A DNA stretch of 64,000 bases from Octopus sinensis (Eukaryota). A model generated the notes under the pieces. It was not told the origin of the DNA, made no database searches, and worked only from the letters and a program-made list of their open reading frames with translations. The DNA is taken from positions 131,316,001-131,380,000 of the forward strand of contig NC_042998.1 in the NCBI RefSeq assembly GCF_006345805.1, given 5' to 3'. This document shows, piece by piece, positions 40,890 to 54,958 of the stretch; positions within the stretch are counted from its first letter, which is position 1; every line of letters starts with the position of its first letter. A program made the position numbers and the translations under genes.

Positions 40890-41605
40890 ATGTATGTGTA
40901 TATGTATGTATATGTATGTGTATGTATGCGCGTATTTGTATGTATATGTATATGTGTGGGTGTGTGTATGTGTATATATATATATATGTATGTATCTGTA
41001 TGTAGGTGTATATGTATGTGTGTATATATATTTATTGGTGTATATGTATGGACTAGTCTTCTAAGCGTGTAGACATGAATATGTAGGTACGCGTACGTAT
41101 GTGTATATATGTGAATATATGTAGATGTATGTATGTATGAATATAACGCGTGCGTGCGTGTATGTGTATGAGTGTACGAATGAGTGAGTGTGCGTACTAA
41201 TGAGTGTGCGTGCGTGAGTGAGTGCTTCTTTTCAAGTAGAAAGATAAATGGACTTGCTGTCGTAGCCAAGATGCTTGTGACCCGCGGTCAAAGATAACAA
41301 AAGTAATAAATGAAGATAATAATAAAATTAAAATTAGGGAATGGGTTTGTATTGGTATGTATATGTTGTATGTGTAGGTATGTATAGGTACACATATGTA
41401 TATGTAATATATGTATATATATATATATATATATGTATATATGTGTATATAGGGACTTCTGTGTGCATTGTGTATGTGGATATTGTGTGGATGTGTGTAT
41501 GTGTATGTGTGTGTATGTATATATTTTTTGTGTGTCTATGTATGTGTGGTCGTGTGTGTATATGTCATGTGTGTGTGTATATGTATGTGCATGTATATGT
41601 ATATA

Positions 41606-41645
<40 letters not shown>

Positions 41646-41969
41646 TGTAATATATATATAAGTATGTATGTTATATGTATATTATATGTGTGTGGTAATG
41701 TATGTATGTGTGTATGTATATGTGTGTGTTGTGTAGTATATATATACATATGTGTATATGTATAAGTGAGAATCTCCTTATTTACCTAAAACTCTATTCT
41801 TGTATATATTTTTTTATTCTTTTATTTATTCTTTTATCTAATTTACCACTGACTCCTTACCACTCCCCCAAGTATGATATGTTTGCGCTAGCCTACCCCC
41901 AAAAAGTCCCCCACCACCACCCCTTTAACCTGCCTAAATGTATAAAGGCCAATACAATTCTTGTTAACT

Positions 41970-42020
41970 AGCTTCCTGATGATTTCTCTTGAATGAAACA
42001 GTTCTAGTCCTGTAGAAGCT
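41970..42020 (+). ncRNA. Type-I hammerhead ribozyme (right arm), predicted cleavage after GUA at 42014
   Basis: AGCTTC-CTGATGA-T-TTC[TCTT]GAA-T-GAAA-CAG[TTCTAGTC]CTG-TA-GAAGCT: stem I 6 bp, stem II 3 bp, stem III 4 bp. Confidence 0.75.
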
Positions 42021-45000
42021 CCTTCTATATAATAAATATATATATATATAATGTAGATACACACATGCATAAATATCCACATATATATGTGTATATATAG
42101 GTATATATATATGTGCGTGTGTGTGTGTCTGTATCTAGTTTATACAATGTAGAAAGAATGCCAGTAAATTGCCAAGGAGACGAGATAATCCAATCTTTCG
42201 GACAGTCATTCTTAAAGGTTAATGTGACATGTGGAGAAACAAACGAAAATCAGTAGAGGTTTAAATCACTCATGATTAAGTGACAAGTTGCATTTGATGA
42301 GAAATGAAAATCAACGCGTGCTTACATACCCAGAAAAGAAGTAGCAGAAGAGGAAACCTCTGTGAGAGATGAAGAAAAGAGGAAAATACGAGAGTACGCA
42401 CGGGATGGAGTGAAAAGTTTAAGTGGTGGGGAATAAAGAATAAAACTGGCATTATTAAATTCAAGACAGAACATAGGAGAAACGTTCATTCAACTCGAGG
42501 TTCCATAGTTCTAAAGATCATGTATATTAAACTGTATCCTTTTCGTTTTCTTCATTCCGAGAATCCATGGTGTGCAAACTGTTGTGTGGAGGTGGTTACC
42601 GTCACAGCCTAGCATGCAGCTAGTCTGCTTCGAATATTTTCAGAAAAGTGATTGGGAAGTTAACCACAAGTTTTCGTTGAGTAACGTGCACCGCAATGTT
42701 TTCAAATGATTTAAAGTGTGCAGCAAAAAATTTCAGGCGATCGGGTACTGTTACTTAGTTCTTGCGATTATTGTGGTGTTGTTAATATGGGAAAAAGTAT
42801 TTCATCGTCCGTTGAGCGCGGTTAAAAAGTGCTAGATCTTCTTTTTTTTTATAGCTATACGCTGTGGAGCTTCTATCTGTTTGTCGGGATTTCTCTCTTT
42901 TCTGAAGACGAGAAGACGTGATGCGAGAAAGGATGGAACGGTCGTAAGGCTGTAGAATAAGATTCGGAATTTGGGGATCTCTGTAGGTCTCAGTGACGGG
43001 ATTGGTATATATATATTTGTATGTATACATACAGAAGCATACACACACATCCACATAATCTATGTTTCTTATAAGGTACGAGGTGAGAAGCATTTTAAGT
43101 GGCTATTTCATTTAAAAATTCGTAGTAACTATCCCTCATTTAATCACACACACACATACGCACATACACACACGCACATACACATACACACGCACACACA
43201 CACACACACATAGACACATACACACAAACACGCGCGCCCAAGATAAAGCAGAATCCAATGAAGAGAACGGTACATTACGACAGGGAGAAATAAAGTGAGA
43301 AAAGGTGTGTGTGCGCGTGGGCGTTTGTGTGAATACTCATTTAAACAGAATATACACACGCATTTACGCATACGCTCATGCGTACAAAAAAGTTAGATAT
43401 GCAATCACAGGGAAAATTATGGCCAGAATTGACATTCTGTAATTTTTTGAGATCAATGTTGCATTTGTCTTAGTGTCATATTTTTCAATCTGTTATGGTT
43501 TTCCTTGGTTTTTAATCTCTTTCTCCGCACCTTATTTTTGCTGTTTCGTTGTCTAAATAACTTTTTATTCAATTTTTAAAATACCTTTTTGATGTCATTA
43601 ATAATTATTTTGTTTCTGACTGTTTGTTTATTGTTTTGTTTATTATATCATTTTATTGTTATTGTCAGTTGATTGCTGTTGTTTTTGCTGATCTTTCTGT
43701 TACTGTTGTTGTCATGTAACTGATACCTTTGTTTGCTTTATTGATATTCATGTTTTTGTTTCACTTTGAATGCTGTTCGTAACATACACCTGTTAGATTT
43801 TTTCTTACGCTCGTGTTATCTTAGTACTGTGGCTGTTGTGGTTGCTGTGCCTGTTGTTGTAGTTGTTCTTGTTCTTATTCGAACTGCTATATTATTCTTA
43901 TTCTTGTATTTGACCTGTGCCATTATTGTTGTGCAATACCTGTTGCTCTTGTCATCCTTGTTCTGGTTTCCATTGTTGTGATTATTTTGTAATGCTATGT
44001 TATTTTTGATTTCCTAGATGTTCCCATTTTCTATAGTTGAGGTGGTTGTATATTTCTATATCAACTATGACTGAAATGTATCCTAGCCATGACCATTCTC
44101 CGCTTTTTTTCCTGTATGCAGGACTATATTATCCAACGTGTTTTTTCAAAGTGACTGGAAGTGACTTATGAGATATTCGGTTGTTATTTCTTGCAGCCTG
44201 TGCGATCAGATAGAAACTGTCTCGATCGTTTTTATTTTACTTTATTTATTTGGATTTCATTACGGTCGAAATTTAAATCCGACCCGGGTCGGCTTCACGA
44301 GTTATTGTTTTCTGTTTATGAAATAAACAGAGCACTAAATGTAAACGAATAAACTATTACCCTGCCCAGAAATATACACCGGCTACAGTCCTTGAATGCT
44401 TCTCATTAGTGTAAGTTCTGTTCTAACAAAGGCTGTTGCTATAATTTTCTAGCTTATTTTGTTCATTTTTTTTCTACAGTTGTTATCTTCTAGGTGTATG
44501 ATGTTTTTGATGGAGTATTAGGTTTGCGATATGCATCTACATCTGCGTCTTTCCGTGTGGAAATAAACTAATAAACAAACTAATGATATATAAATAACCG
44601 ATTTGTGTACCTACAAATGCTCATTATATACGTATGTAGGAAAATTCGAAATGGTATAATCTGCATATACAAGTTGTCAATGGAGTCAAATAGGAATTTG
44701 CTTCATCTTGCTAGGTGCCTACCTATTTGATTCAGACTGTTAACTACAATAAATAAATACTTTAAAACTATAATAATGGCAGATACAGGAAGAGACACAC
44801 ATGTATGATATTAAACATACACAAGAATGTATACGCACAAAGGTCCATACACACATTCCAGTCACAAATTATAACAAATACACGAATAGCAAATCTAGCA
44901 AAAATTTAAGTGCTACATTATATTGGAAAAATGGACAAAGTGATGGAATATTTTTAACCACACACTTGTTCACACACCCACTCACTCATAAACACAACAC

Positions 45001-47411
45001 ACACAGATACATATGTGCATGTGGCTGTGTGCGTGTGTGCGTTCTTGTAATTATGTGCCACAAAATAGAAAGTTTAAAGCAAAATAGCGAAATGTTAAAG
45101 TCAATCAAACGTATCAGTGAATAAAAAATAATTATTCTCAATATGTTTAAACTCATACACATGTACGTACACACATAAACGCATGTACAATTATTCGTAC
45201 AATGTATATGTAAAGCCAAAAACGTAAAAAAAATAAACTGGAAAATTAGAAAATAGGCGCATGAAATATGGCGGCGAATCAAAATGGACGGTAAACAAAA
45301 ATGGATGGAAAAACAATATGGAGCCCCGAAGCGGGGAAGAGAATTTCATTGCAGGTAATAAATATGATTTGTTTAAATCGAAAATCCAGGCTAGTTGATA
45401 CTCGACTTGGCAGAACACGAGGTTCCCCATAAGGAATTAACTGGAAATATTCATGAACACATCTGTTAACTAACAACGAAAAGAAAGAAAATTATATTAG
45501 AAATTAACCTCAGGTTTGAGAAATGAGCTTTGAAATTAAGGGAAATTTTTCCAGTATTTTATTTGCTTATATTTTAGTTTATGAATTTAGTTTTCTTGTT
45601 GCCTTGTTCTCTCGATTCCTTCATTTATTCGTGTACATATTTGCTGTTTATTTTCCTCAGATTAGAGTTGTTTTAAAAGATTTCAATATTTGTATTTAAA
45701 AAAAATATATTTGCGATCATTTTCTTTTTTTATCCTCTTTTTTTTTTCTTTTCTTTTGCAATCATATGTAATATTCTTATTTTACATTTGAGTTGCTTTA
45801 GTGAAAAACCACGGCAGCAGAAAATAACCACTTAAATAATCCGTATATAACAATTTGTAAATTTATGACAATCACACTCAAGCCAGTGTTGAAACAAAAC
45901 GTTCTTAAGATATCAATGAAGCAAGCAAACAATTTTATGTTTCTTATTCTATTTTTATTTTCAATTTTATTAACTTGGCGTTGGGGTCAAATTTCAGATG
46001 TATTTCACTGGATATTTTCATGGAATAAAATTTTAAGTGGGGCAGACAAAAAGTATATTAATTGATTTTTTACAGGAGATCCAATTTAAATTTCTGATTC
46101 TAACTAGTCATTGATTTTAGTTTAGGAAAATATTTATTTTAATCGATTTAAATTTCAAATTCGAAAGCAAAATTAAATACAAACACATTTAAAAAATTAA
46201 GTTAAACTGCTATGAAATTCCAGAAGAATACTATCAACTATAACCAAGAGCGAAATAAGCGACATCAACAGTAAGTTCAAATCAAAAGACCACCTATCAA
46301 AATTGACACACGTGTTGAAAAGTAAACAACGGATAAAGCAGCTGTTGAAGTAGAAAAGTGGAATGTAATATTCTTCCATCTGGGGTCGATAATACAAGTT
46401 TAAGTCAAGTATGCTGATCGATATAATCGACTGTATCCACTCCTAAATGTTTGGTTGTGTATCTCTGTTAGAAAGCAATATTTATAGCTCTTTCATTTAA
46501 TAACGTAAACCAGAGATTTTTCATATTGGCAAGATACCCAAATATTTTCAGTTAAGAGTAGTATAATCGATTGAATGTACCACAGTATATGATTAATGTT
46601 TATTTTATGCACATGAAGGCCTTAAAAAACACAATCAACCAAACGACAGGGTTGAACTCATTGCCGTCTGGAGAAACGAAACAAAATATAACTAAACATT
46701 CAGTCTTATGGTTCTCCGTTTCTTTCTTTAGTTTTGGTGTTTTTTTCACATTCCACTTACGTCATCTGCACAGGATGGACACAGTTAATGATATGTAGAC
46801 GATATATTTTTATGGCCTGAGTCAGTCATGGCCGAAACCTATCTAAGTATCAGCATAGCTTTGTGTGATACACCAAAGACACTGATTTACTAACTGATAA
46901 TTGTTATTCAGGTAGAAACCGACAACCACAAGAAAAAATATAAAAATTAAAACAAAAAAAAAGTAGAATTAATCACTTAGTGACCAGATAATTATTTGAG
47001 ACGACATAATTAATATTTCACTTCTACAAAATTCAAGGATATTAAAAAAACATATATACACACCATTTTCCCTTTTCGACAAAGAATTTTTGGTCTTAGC
47101 TTTCACTAATGACCAGCAATATCTGGCTATGTTCCAGAAAAATAAGTATAAATATCAGAAAAGAAAAATTACTAGAGAAAAATAATTATGTATGAAGCTC
47201 CTTACATTGTTACTCTAAGGATAGCACTCCATATATTAATGGGTGGAACATAAATAAGTTCTCTGCTACATCCGGTAGTAGGACACTCTGATTTAGCTAT
47301 TGACCTTTTACAACTCTGCTAAGAAGAACGAGACAAACAGACACTAACCATATTAAGAAACATAAATGCATATACGTTCACGCTGCCGCACGCACATATA
47401 TACACACACAT

Positions 47412-47485
<74 letters not shown>

Positions 47486-49199
47486 CGTGTGTGTGTGTGT
47501 GTGTGTAAGTATAGATGCACACACACATACATAAATATATATTACAATATATTATATATTATTACTTTTTGGGCACAACGATACTAATAACCAGTTAGAA
47601 CGCAATATATATATATATATATATATACATATATATTCTTTAGAACGATGGTTCACAAAGTTTTCGAACTGCCTCCGTCTTGACTCCCAGGCCACATGCC
47701 CTGCTACCCCTCAATACTACTGCGATATCAAAACAACTGTATTTCACATAGTTAACGCAATATTTTGTTGTTTTTACAATATGAAGGAACAAATTTACAC
47801 CTCACCTGTATCTACGTTGTTTTCATATTTTTACTGCGATGGATATACTTCGTGTGCAGATATCAGCTCCCCAACATCAGTCTGAAAAACACTAAAAAGT
47901 AGTCTTACATCCCTGCGTTCAATAATTTTCAGACTAGTTTTACTTAGCTTAGAAAGCAGCTGTTGTGAAGCCCCGCTCTACTGAATATGACGTTGGGAAG
48001 GCAATAAAGTACATCTTGACTTGGTTTCACAGTGCATAGTAGCAGTCAGAACCAGAAGTGTTTTTTTACAGTAAAAATTCCTGATATATATTTTTTTCAA
48101 CTTTGGCCTCAGCTTAATATAATTTTATTGTGGAACCAGTTCTTCCTCTGTTATTCTTCTTTATCTAAGAATCGCCCTGACTGGTATTAATTGCAAGATT
48201 AAATATTCTTAAAGTCTGCCAGACATGTCTCTTTGCTAGAGAAAGATGACTCATCTGACTGTGAGCTAAATTTGGTTGTTCTGTATATGTTCTACAATAT
48301 ATATTTTAAATGTTATATCATTCCACATTTTGAAACATATGAAAAAAAAACCTATTTCGTATTTCCACCACTTTATTCAAGATTAAAATTAATAAAAGCG
48401 ATAAATTCCTGTTTATGCATACTTTTTTCTAAAAACAATTTTCTGTAGAAAAATACAAATTACAAGTGTTTCAAAATGTAGATTACTACATGACGAAAAT
48501 TAATAGAAAGGAAAATAGCTGCGTGGTTTCTACTCCAAAAGTACGATGAGGTGGGGTGGGTAGACGCTTTAAAAATATGGATTAAAAAGTTTTATTTTGA
48601 AGAAAGTCCCCTTGTGATGTATTTTGAAACGTGGGATATTTATGAAATGTGGAAAAATACCGAAGCAAAATCAAAGAAATTCCGATTCATATAAGGGACC
48701 TATTCGGAAAGTTCGCCATCCGCCAAATATATAATTTAATGCTTTTTGAAACAAACAAAAAGAAAAGGAATGATAAGACTTTCTAAAGATATAAATTTTA
48801 AGAAGTAGTCGAAAACACGGAAAATCAACGTTGTGTACTTGATACCAATAACGCATTAATTCTAAAAAAAACTATTATACTAATTTATAATCATAATAAC
48901 TGTTATTTTACTCATTGAATGAGTCTATTGGGTCAGACCTATATTTAAAGCAATAAACGTAGACAAATTCTAAAGTTTGACACTGAAATATTAAGAATCT
49001 CTTACCTTTGCCATAAAAATACAAACGCAAGACAGGTGTGCGAAATACATCGAAATTAAAATTGTTAATAATTTATATAAGGAAAGTAATGTCCTCTCTC
49101 TCTTTCCTTCCCTTGAACGAAACACCCATGTTTCCAAATTTGAATTATCCGTACCCCAAAGAATTCCTCTCGACACATGGCTATGATGCTCCGCCACTA

Positions 49200-49275
49200 C
49201 TACGTCTTTATATTTACTAATCTTGTCAAATTCTTTCAACGCTATATTATGATCGCAAGGAATACTCATGTCAAT
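49200..49275 (-). mobile_element. Short RLE fragment abutting (TAA)n
   Basis: IIDMSIPCDHNIALKEFDKISKYKD; similar to the 5250-5310 region. Confidence 0.7.
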
Positions 49276-49574
49276 TATTATTATTATAATTATTATTTTT
49301 ATTATTATTGTTGTTGTTGTTGTTGTTATCATCATCATCGTTGTCATCGTTGTTGCTGTTATATACGTAACGTTAAGGGCCTTTTATAGGCATAACATCT
49401 AAGAAAATGTGGTCACACTACGAGTGTATAGCTATATGATTTCAGTGATCTTATTAGGAGTGATTTCTAAATTATGGAAGCTGGTCTTTTTATTCTGACA
49501 TGAAGAAGCACTGGCAAGAATTCCTAGACAATTTTAATGAAATTACGTGTGTTTGCACGTGTTTGTTTACAAAC

Positions 49575-49666
49575 ACACATTCATACATACATACATACAT
49601 ACATACAAACATACATACATACATACATACATACATACATACATACATACATACATACATACATAC
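49575..49666. repeat. (CATA)n microsatellite
   Basis: Direct reading. Confidence 0.95.
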
Positions 49667-50689
49667 GACTAAAATTTAATATCTTACACATATGCACGAA
49701 CATATACATGCACACACAAAAACTACACAAAACCACAAACCACAACATATAACTAAAAACAGATAAAGTGGAAAATATTTAATGCTATGTACTCTTACAG
49801 AACATCTAAACCCTAAATACTGCAATTATACAAGCAACATTTGATCGAGGAGTAAGCCTTTATGTCATCATCCTTCGACAAAGTAGCGCTATCTCCCTCT
49901 TATCACAACTTAATTTTCGATAGCTTTACATCTGTAAGATAATCACCCTCAGATCACATATAAATGTTATCAGTGAGTTTATAAATATGGGGCATCAAGA
50001 GATACCACTTACACAGTATCTGACACTGGCGGGGAGGCAGTCAAATCTCCCTCAAATTACTAAACTACTGTCTTAGAAGTTGCTTTGAAAATATGGTCTT
50101 ATATTCCATGCACAAACGAAAAATACAAAATAGTCCCAACAGGAATTACTTTTGTCTTAGTTCTGTCCTATTAAAGTAGAACCATTTCCCTTGCGTTCTC
50201 TACTTCATCCTCATATATAAAATCCGATGCGAATGCGCTTTGTTTAAGATAGCACGTTCGCACTTGTTTATCAGCATATGTGTGTGTGAATATATGCATA
50301 TACAGTGCATTTCAATATATTTCTTAAGTAGTGCATACATCCACGTTATACTCAACTATCCCTATTCAAATGCATGCAAGGTGGGTGAAATACACTCGTC
50401 CATACGAATTTAAGCACACGTAAAAACACACAAGGATATACACACAGACACACAAACATACACTCACATTTATAAAAACATATACGTAAATATAGACATG
50501 CATATGCATAAGATATCTACGTATGTGCATATATGCATTTGCATAAATATATATGTTTATGCATGCACATATATATGTATGTATATGTATGTATATATAT
50601 GTATTTATATATGTGTGTGTGCCTGCGTGTGTATGTATGTATGTATAAACGTATATGTATGTGAATGGGTGTGTGTATATATGCATATT

Positions 50690-50720
<31 letters not shown>

Positions 50721-51599
50721 ATGTATGTATACATACACATACACACATTCAGGTGTACATACAAACACACACGCATAGGTAGATACATATTTCTTGCATT
50801 AGCAATGCAAATACTGCTGCAACATGCACCTTGCACTGCAATCTCAACAAGCTAATAAATGTGCAGTATTTGTGAGGTATAAAGCTACAACTTAACACAT
50901 GAAAGGCGATGTGCAAGGTCTGATAGTGCATATTATAAGGCAAACACGTCGAGTACACATCAAACAAATTTAATATTCATTGGTGGCAACAAGTGCAAGA
51001 TATATAACAATGAGAGGTTCCATATTGTGGTTGTTATTGCTGGTAGTGATAATGATGGTGCTGATGATGTTCATAGTATTGTTACAGATAATGATAGCGG
51101 TGATGGTGAGGGCGATGGGGGCGATAGAGCTTTTGGTTGCTTTCGCGGTATTAATTTAGGGGTTGAAGCTCATTGCTGCGATTCTTATCGTGGCAGCAGT
51201 GGTTGCAGTCGCGGTTTTTGGTATCTTGCGGTAGTGGTCACATTGACACAGGAAATATTCGTGGAGGCATTGGTGGTGATGGTGTGAGCGGCTGTGAATG
51301 AGAGGAGAATGTGGTTGTGTCGGTATTGGTAGTGGTGTTGGTGGTGTTGGTGGTGGTGGTGGTGGTGGTGGTGGCAGTGATGGTACTGGAGGGGTTTACG
51401 ATGGTGTGGTGATACGGATGGGATTGTTGTTGCAGTTGTTGCTTTTGGTGCTGCTGTTGGTTATGGCAGGGGCGTGGAGTTAGTGTGGTGCTGCCGGAGT
51501 CCCTATAACGGACACTAATGCTGGTTATGTTGTAGCTGTCGAGGATGTTAGCGCTACGCAAGGGAATAATGTAAGCAATGACTGTTTGAGCAGTAGTTG

Positions 51600-51609
51600 T
51601 GGTAGTAGT

Positions 51610-51695
<86 letters not shown>

Positions 51696-51700
51696 CAGTT
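51600..51700. repeat. (AGT)n microsatellite
   Basis: Direct reading. Confidence 0.95.
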
Positions 51701-51775
51701 GTAGTTTTCCGTCAAGTATGAAATTTGTAGAAAATTTAAAGTTTTTTTAATATTTTATAAATACAAGGAATAGTT

Positions 51776-52767
51776 TTATTCATCAAAGTATGCACCCATA
51801 TTGTCAATACAATCTTTCCATTTCAGCGGTAGCTTGTCCAGCCCGGAGCTTTAAAAGCCTGGCAATCTAGAGTCAATAAAATCTCGGAAGGGCTGTTTTA
51901 CAGCCTCGTCGGAATAAAATTTTTATCCTATTAAAAAGTTATCCAAATTCTGGAAGAAGTGGTAGTCAGTGGGGCAAGCTCAGGTGAGTATGGTGGAGGA
52001 TGTAGTTTCGCCAATGTCATTTTTGCGATGTGTGGTCTGGCGTTGTCTTGCAATGAAATAGGAGTGGATCTGTTGACTACTCTAAGCCGTTATTTTTAGT
52101 AAGTTTTTGCACCATTTGGTCCAGTTGGCTGCAGTATACTCCGGCCGTGATTGATGAGCCAGGCTTAACGAAATCATAATGGATAACACCTGCACCAGAC
52201 CACCAAACACACACTATCATCTCTTTTTAATGAATTTTGATTTTTGAACTATGTTTTGCGTCGTTGTTCAACCATTGTGCTGAACATTTACGGTTGTTGT
52301 ATTGGATCCATTTCTCATCATATGTAACAATTCGATCAAAAAATTATTCATTTTTGTGACGAGAAAGTATTATAATACAGGCTTCCAGACGTTGCTGTTT
52401 CTGATTTTCATTGAGTTCATGTGGAACCCACTTATCCAACTTTTTCACTTTACCGATTTGAACTAGGTGAGCCAATATTGTTTGCTTGCTAACACCAAAC
52501 AACAACGATAATTCACGGGCACTTAGAGATGGAACTGACTTGACGGTGGCTTTCAGTTCGTCATTATCCACTTTTGTTTCTGATCGATCACGTTGCTCAT
52601 TTGTGAGGTCAAAGTTACCAGATCGAAATTTTGCAAACCAATTTGATACAGTCTGCTGAGCAATAACATTAAAATGAAATACACCATTGATATTCCGAGC
52701 TCTCTGTGATGCTGTGTTTCCAAGAAAGAACTCATATTTCAAAACTACGGATTTCCGACTTATCCAT
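51776..52767 (-). pseudogene. Mariner transposase, decayed
   Basis: HTH region; WVPHEL, TYDEKW, QDNARPH, YSPELAPTDYH, ..GAYFDE*; frameshift after MDKSEIR, further stops and frameshifts. Confidence 0.9.
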
Positions 52768-53030
52768 CTCTGAAAGGAAATAGCGAAAAAGAAAACTATA
52801 AAACAAGTACCAGTTGAGGACTAGGGTCAATGTAATCGGCCTACCTAGCTCTTACCTCGAAATTGCTGCTCTTGTGCCAAGATTTGAGATTAATAACTTT
52901 ATATTCATGTGTAAAATATAGTATAATAACTTACAATATATTGATTTCTAATATAGGATTAAGGGCGCTTTGACATACATATATATATATATATATATAC
53001 ATATATATGTGTGTGTGGCTGTATATATAT

Positions 53031-53073
<43 letters not shown>

Positions 53074-53135
53074 CGGCTCCAATATCGACAGGAGTGATAA
53101 ATTCAGTTTTTGAAGGATTTGAACTTAGAACTTTA

Positions 53136-53189
<54 letters not shown>

Positions 53190-53804
53190 ATAGTAAATCT
53201 ATTGATATATCGATTCTGGCGCTAAACGAACTTAAATGCCTACAGAATTTATTGTAATCATTTAATTTCCTTAAATATATACAAACAAAAATTTCAATAC
53301 GCAAAAGAAACTTTAAAATATACTCAACCTATTGATTTGCAATAACAATTTTAAATATCTGCAATATATATTGATACTCGTTAGTGTCTTTAAATAAACG
53401 TCAAATATACTAAATACGGTAGTGAAGTTTTCAAATCTATTTAAACTACACTATGTGATATTTAAATATAAACAAAATCTAGTGAAACACTATAGTATAA
53501 TTTAAATATTTACAAAATATATCAATTATATTTCTCATAAATCAGTAGCACTAATAATTCTATTGTGCTTTGTCTATCTTGAAGTAAAATATCGCTAATG
53601 TAAATTGATTTTAATTAGACTCGTTTATACCCATTATTTTATCCCTAATATCGATTGATTGATTGACTGATTATAATACAGAAACATCCCGCCCCTCTAA
53701 AAATAAATAAGATTGCTAATGAGATTGGTTTTATTTTAAAGTTGAAATATATCTCCCTTTTAAAAGTAATATAAATGAGGAATGTTGATCTACAGGAAGA
53801 CATA

Positions 53805-53985
53805 ATTCTTTGAAATTTTGGCACAAGGTTAGGAATTTATGAGGTGGGTGATAGCCAATTACATCAGCTCTTCTATTTGTTTTATCGACCCCGAAATGAT
53901 AAAAGGAAAATTTGACCACGGTAGGATTTGAAATAAGAACGGAAAGAACTGGAAGCAATGCTACTAAACATTTTGTCCGACACGC
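53805..53985 (-). mobile_element. SINE family 2, degenerate
   Basis: Reverse complement carries family 2 motifs (TTTCCTTTTATCATTTCGGGGTCGATAAAAC). Confidence 0.6.
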
Positions 53986-54179
53986 AACGTATTTTCAATT
54001 TACTAGTCAATGCAGTACAACTTGTAGTGCTGCAGTTGTTGGTAAAGTTGTAGTTGCCACTGTTGTTGTAGTTGTAGTTGTTGTTGCTGCTGCCACAGTT
54101 GTTACTGTAACTACTCCTGCTACTAGAACTGCTCTTGATTCTTTAGCATTCTTTCGATTACGATGACGAGCATTTCAAG

Positions 54180-54455
54180 TGATTCGATCAACGTGAAATT
54201 AACGTGTAAGTGGCTGAGCACTCCACAGATGCGCATACCCTTAGTGCAGTTCTCAAGGAAATTCAGCGTGACACAGAATGTGACAAGGTTAGCCCTTTGA
54301 AATACAAGTACTACTCATTTTTGCCAGCCGAGTGGATTGGAGCAACGTGAAATAAAGTGTCTTGCTCAAGGACACAACGTGTCGCCGATAATTGAATTCA
54401 TAACCTTACGATCGTGAGACAAATATCTTAACCACTAAGCCACACGCCTTCACTC
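54180..54455 (-). mobile_element. SINE family 4
   Basis: Head GTGAAGGCGTGTGGCTTAGTGGTTAAG; 3' part repeated at 55028-55147. Confidence 0.8.
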
Positions 54456-54904
54456 TGGTGCTATAGATGATTGTGCTGATTATACTGATGATGATAACGC
54501 GTAGCTCCGATCAGTTTGGTATCAGTTTGCCTTGACGGCACGGATGTAACTGAAGCGACATTGTATTCTATCATTGCTTCTAGTTTACACTCATATAGTA
54601 CCTGCTATGATGGAAATTACATGAGTGAAAGGACGTGTGGGATCTACCTTAAAGACCTGCAAAGAACTAATTTATTGCGGTGGTTTCATAATTGTCTCCT
54701 CGTTCTTCCTCCTACCTCTTTCAACTTCAGTCTCCACGTCTATTCCAGTTAAAATTACTTAATACAGATATAATAATTATCACAATAATTATCACATGTT
54801 TACGTAGAGAAGGCTATGCAAAAGAAAAGAGGTAGGTTGGAGTATAGAAACGTTAGATAGAGCGAAACAGTGCCGATAAATAATATCACACAAAATACAT
54901 TAAT

Positions 54905-54958
54905 TTCTTACGACCGCGAGTCCACTGCCCTAACCACTGGGCCATTGCGCCTCCACAG
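54905..54958 (-). mobile_element. Truncated tRNA-like SINE head
   Basis: GTGGAGGCGCAATGGCCCAGTGGTTAGGGCAGTGGACTCGCGGTCG (A-box). Confidence 0.65.

Larger units (their letters stand above)
39967..42037. mobile_element. ORF-less element with ~288-bp inverted arms (39967-40255 / 41752-42037) around a TG/TA simple-repeat core; Penelope-like
   Basis: Arms ~97% identical by eye; each contains the same hammerhead. Confidence 0.8.

Noticed and set aside
46200-46280. Short open frame ending at a GTAAGT donor-like site
   Set aside because: No acceptor or homology; expected by chance in AT-rich DNA
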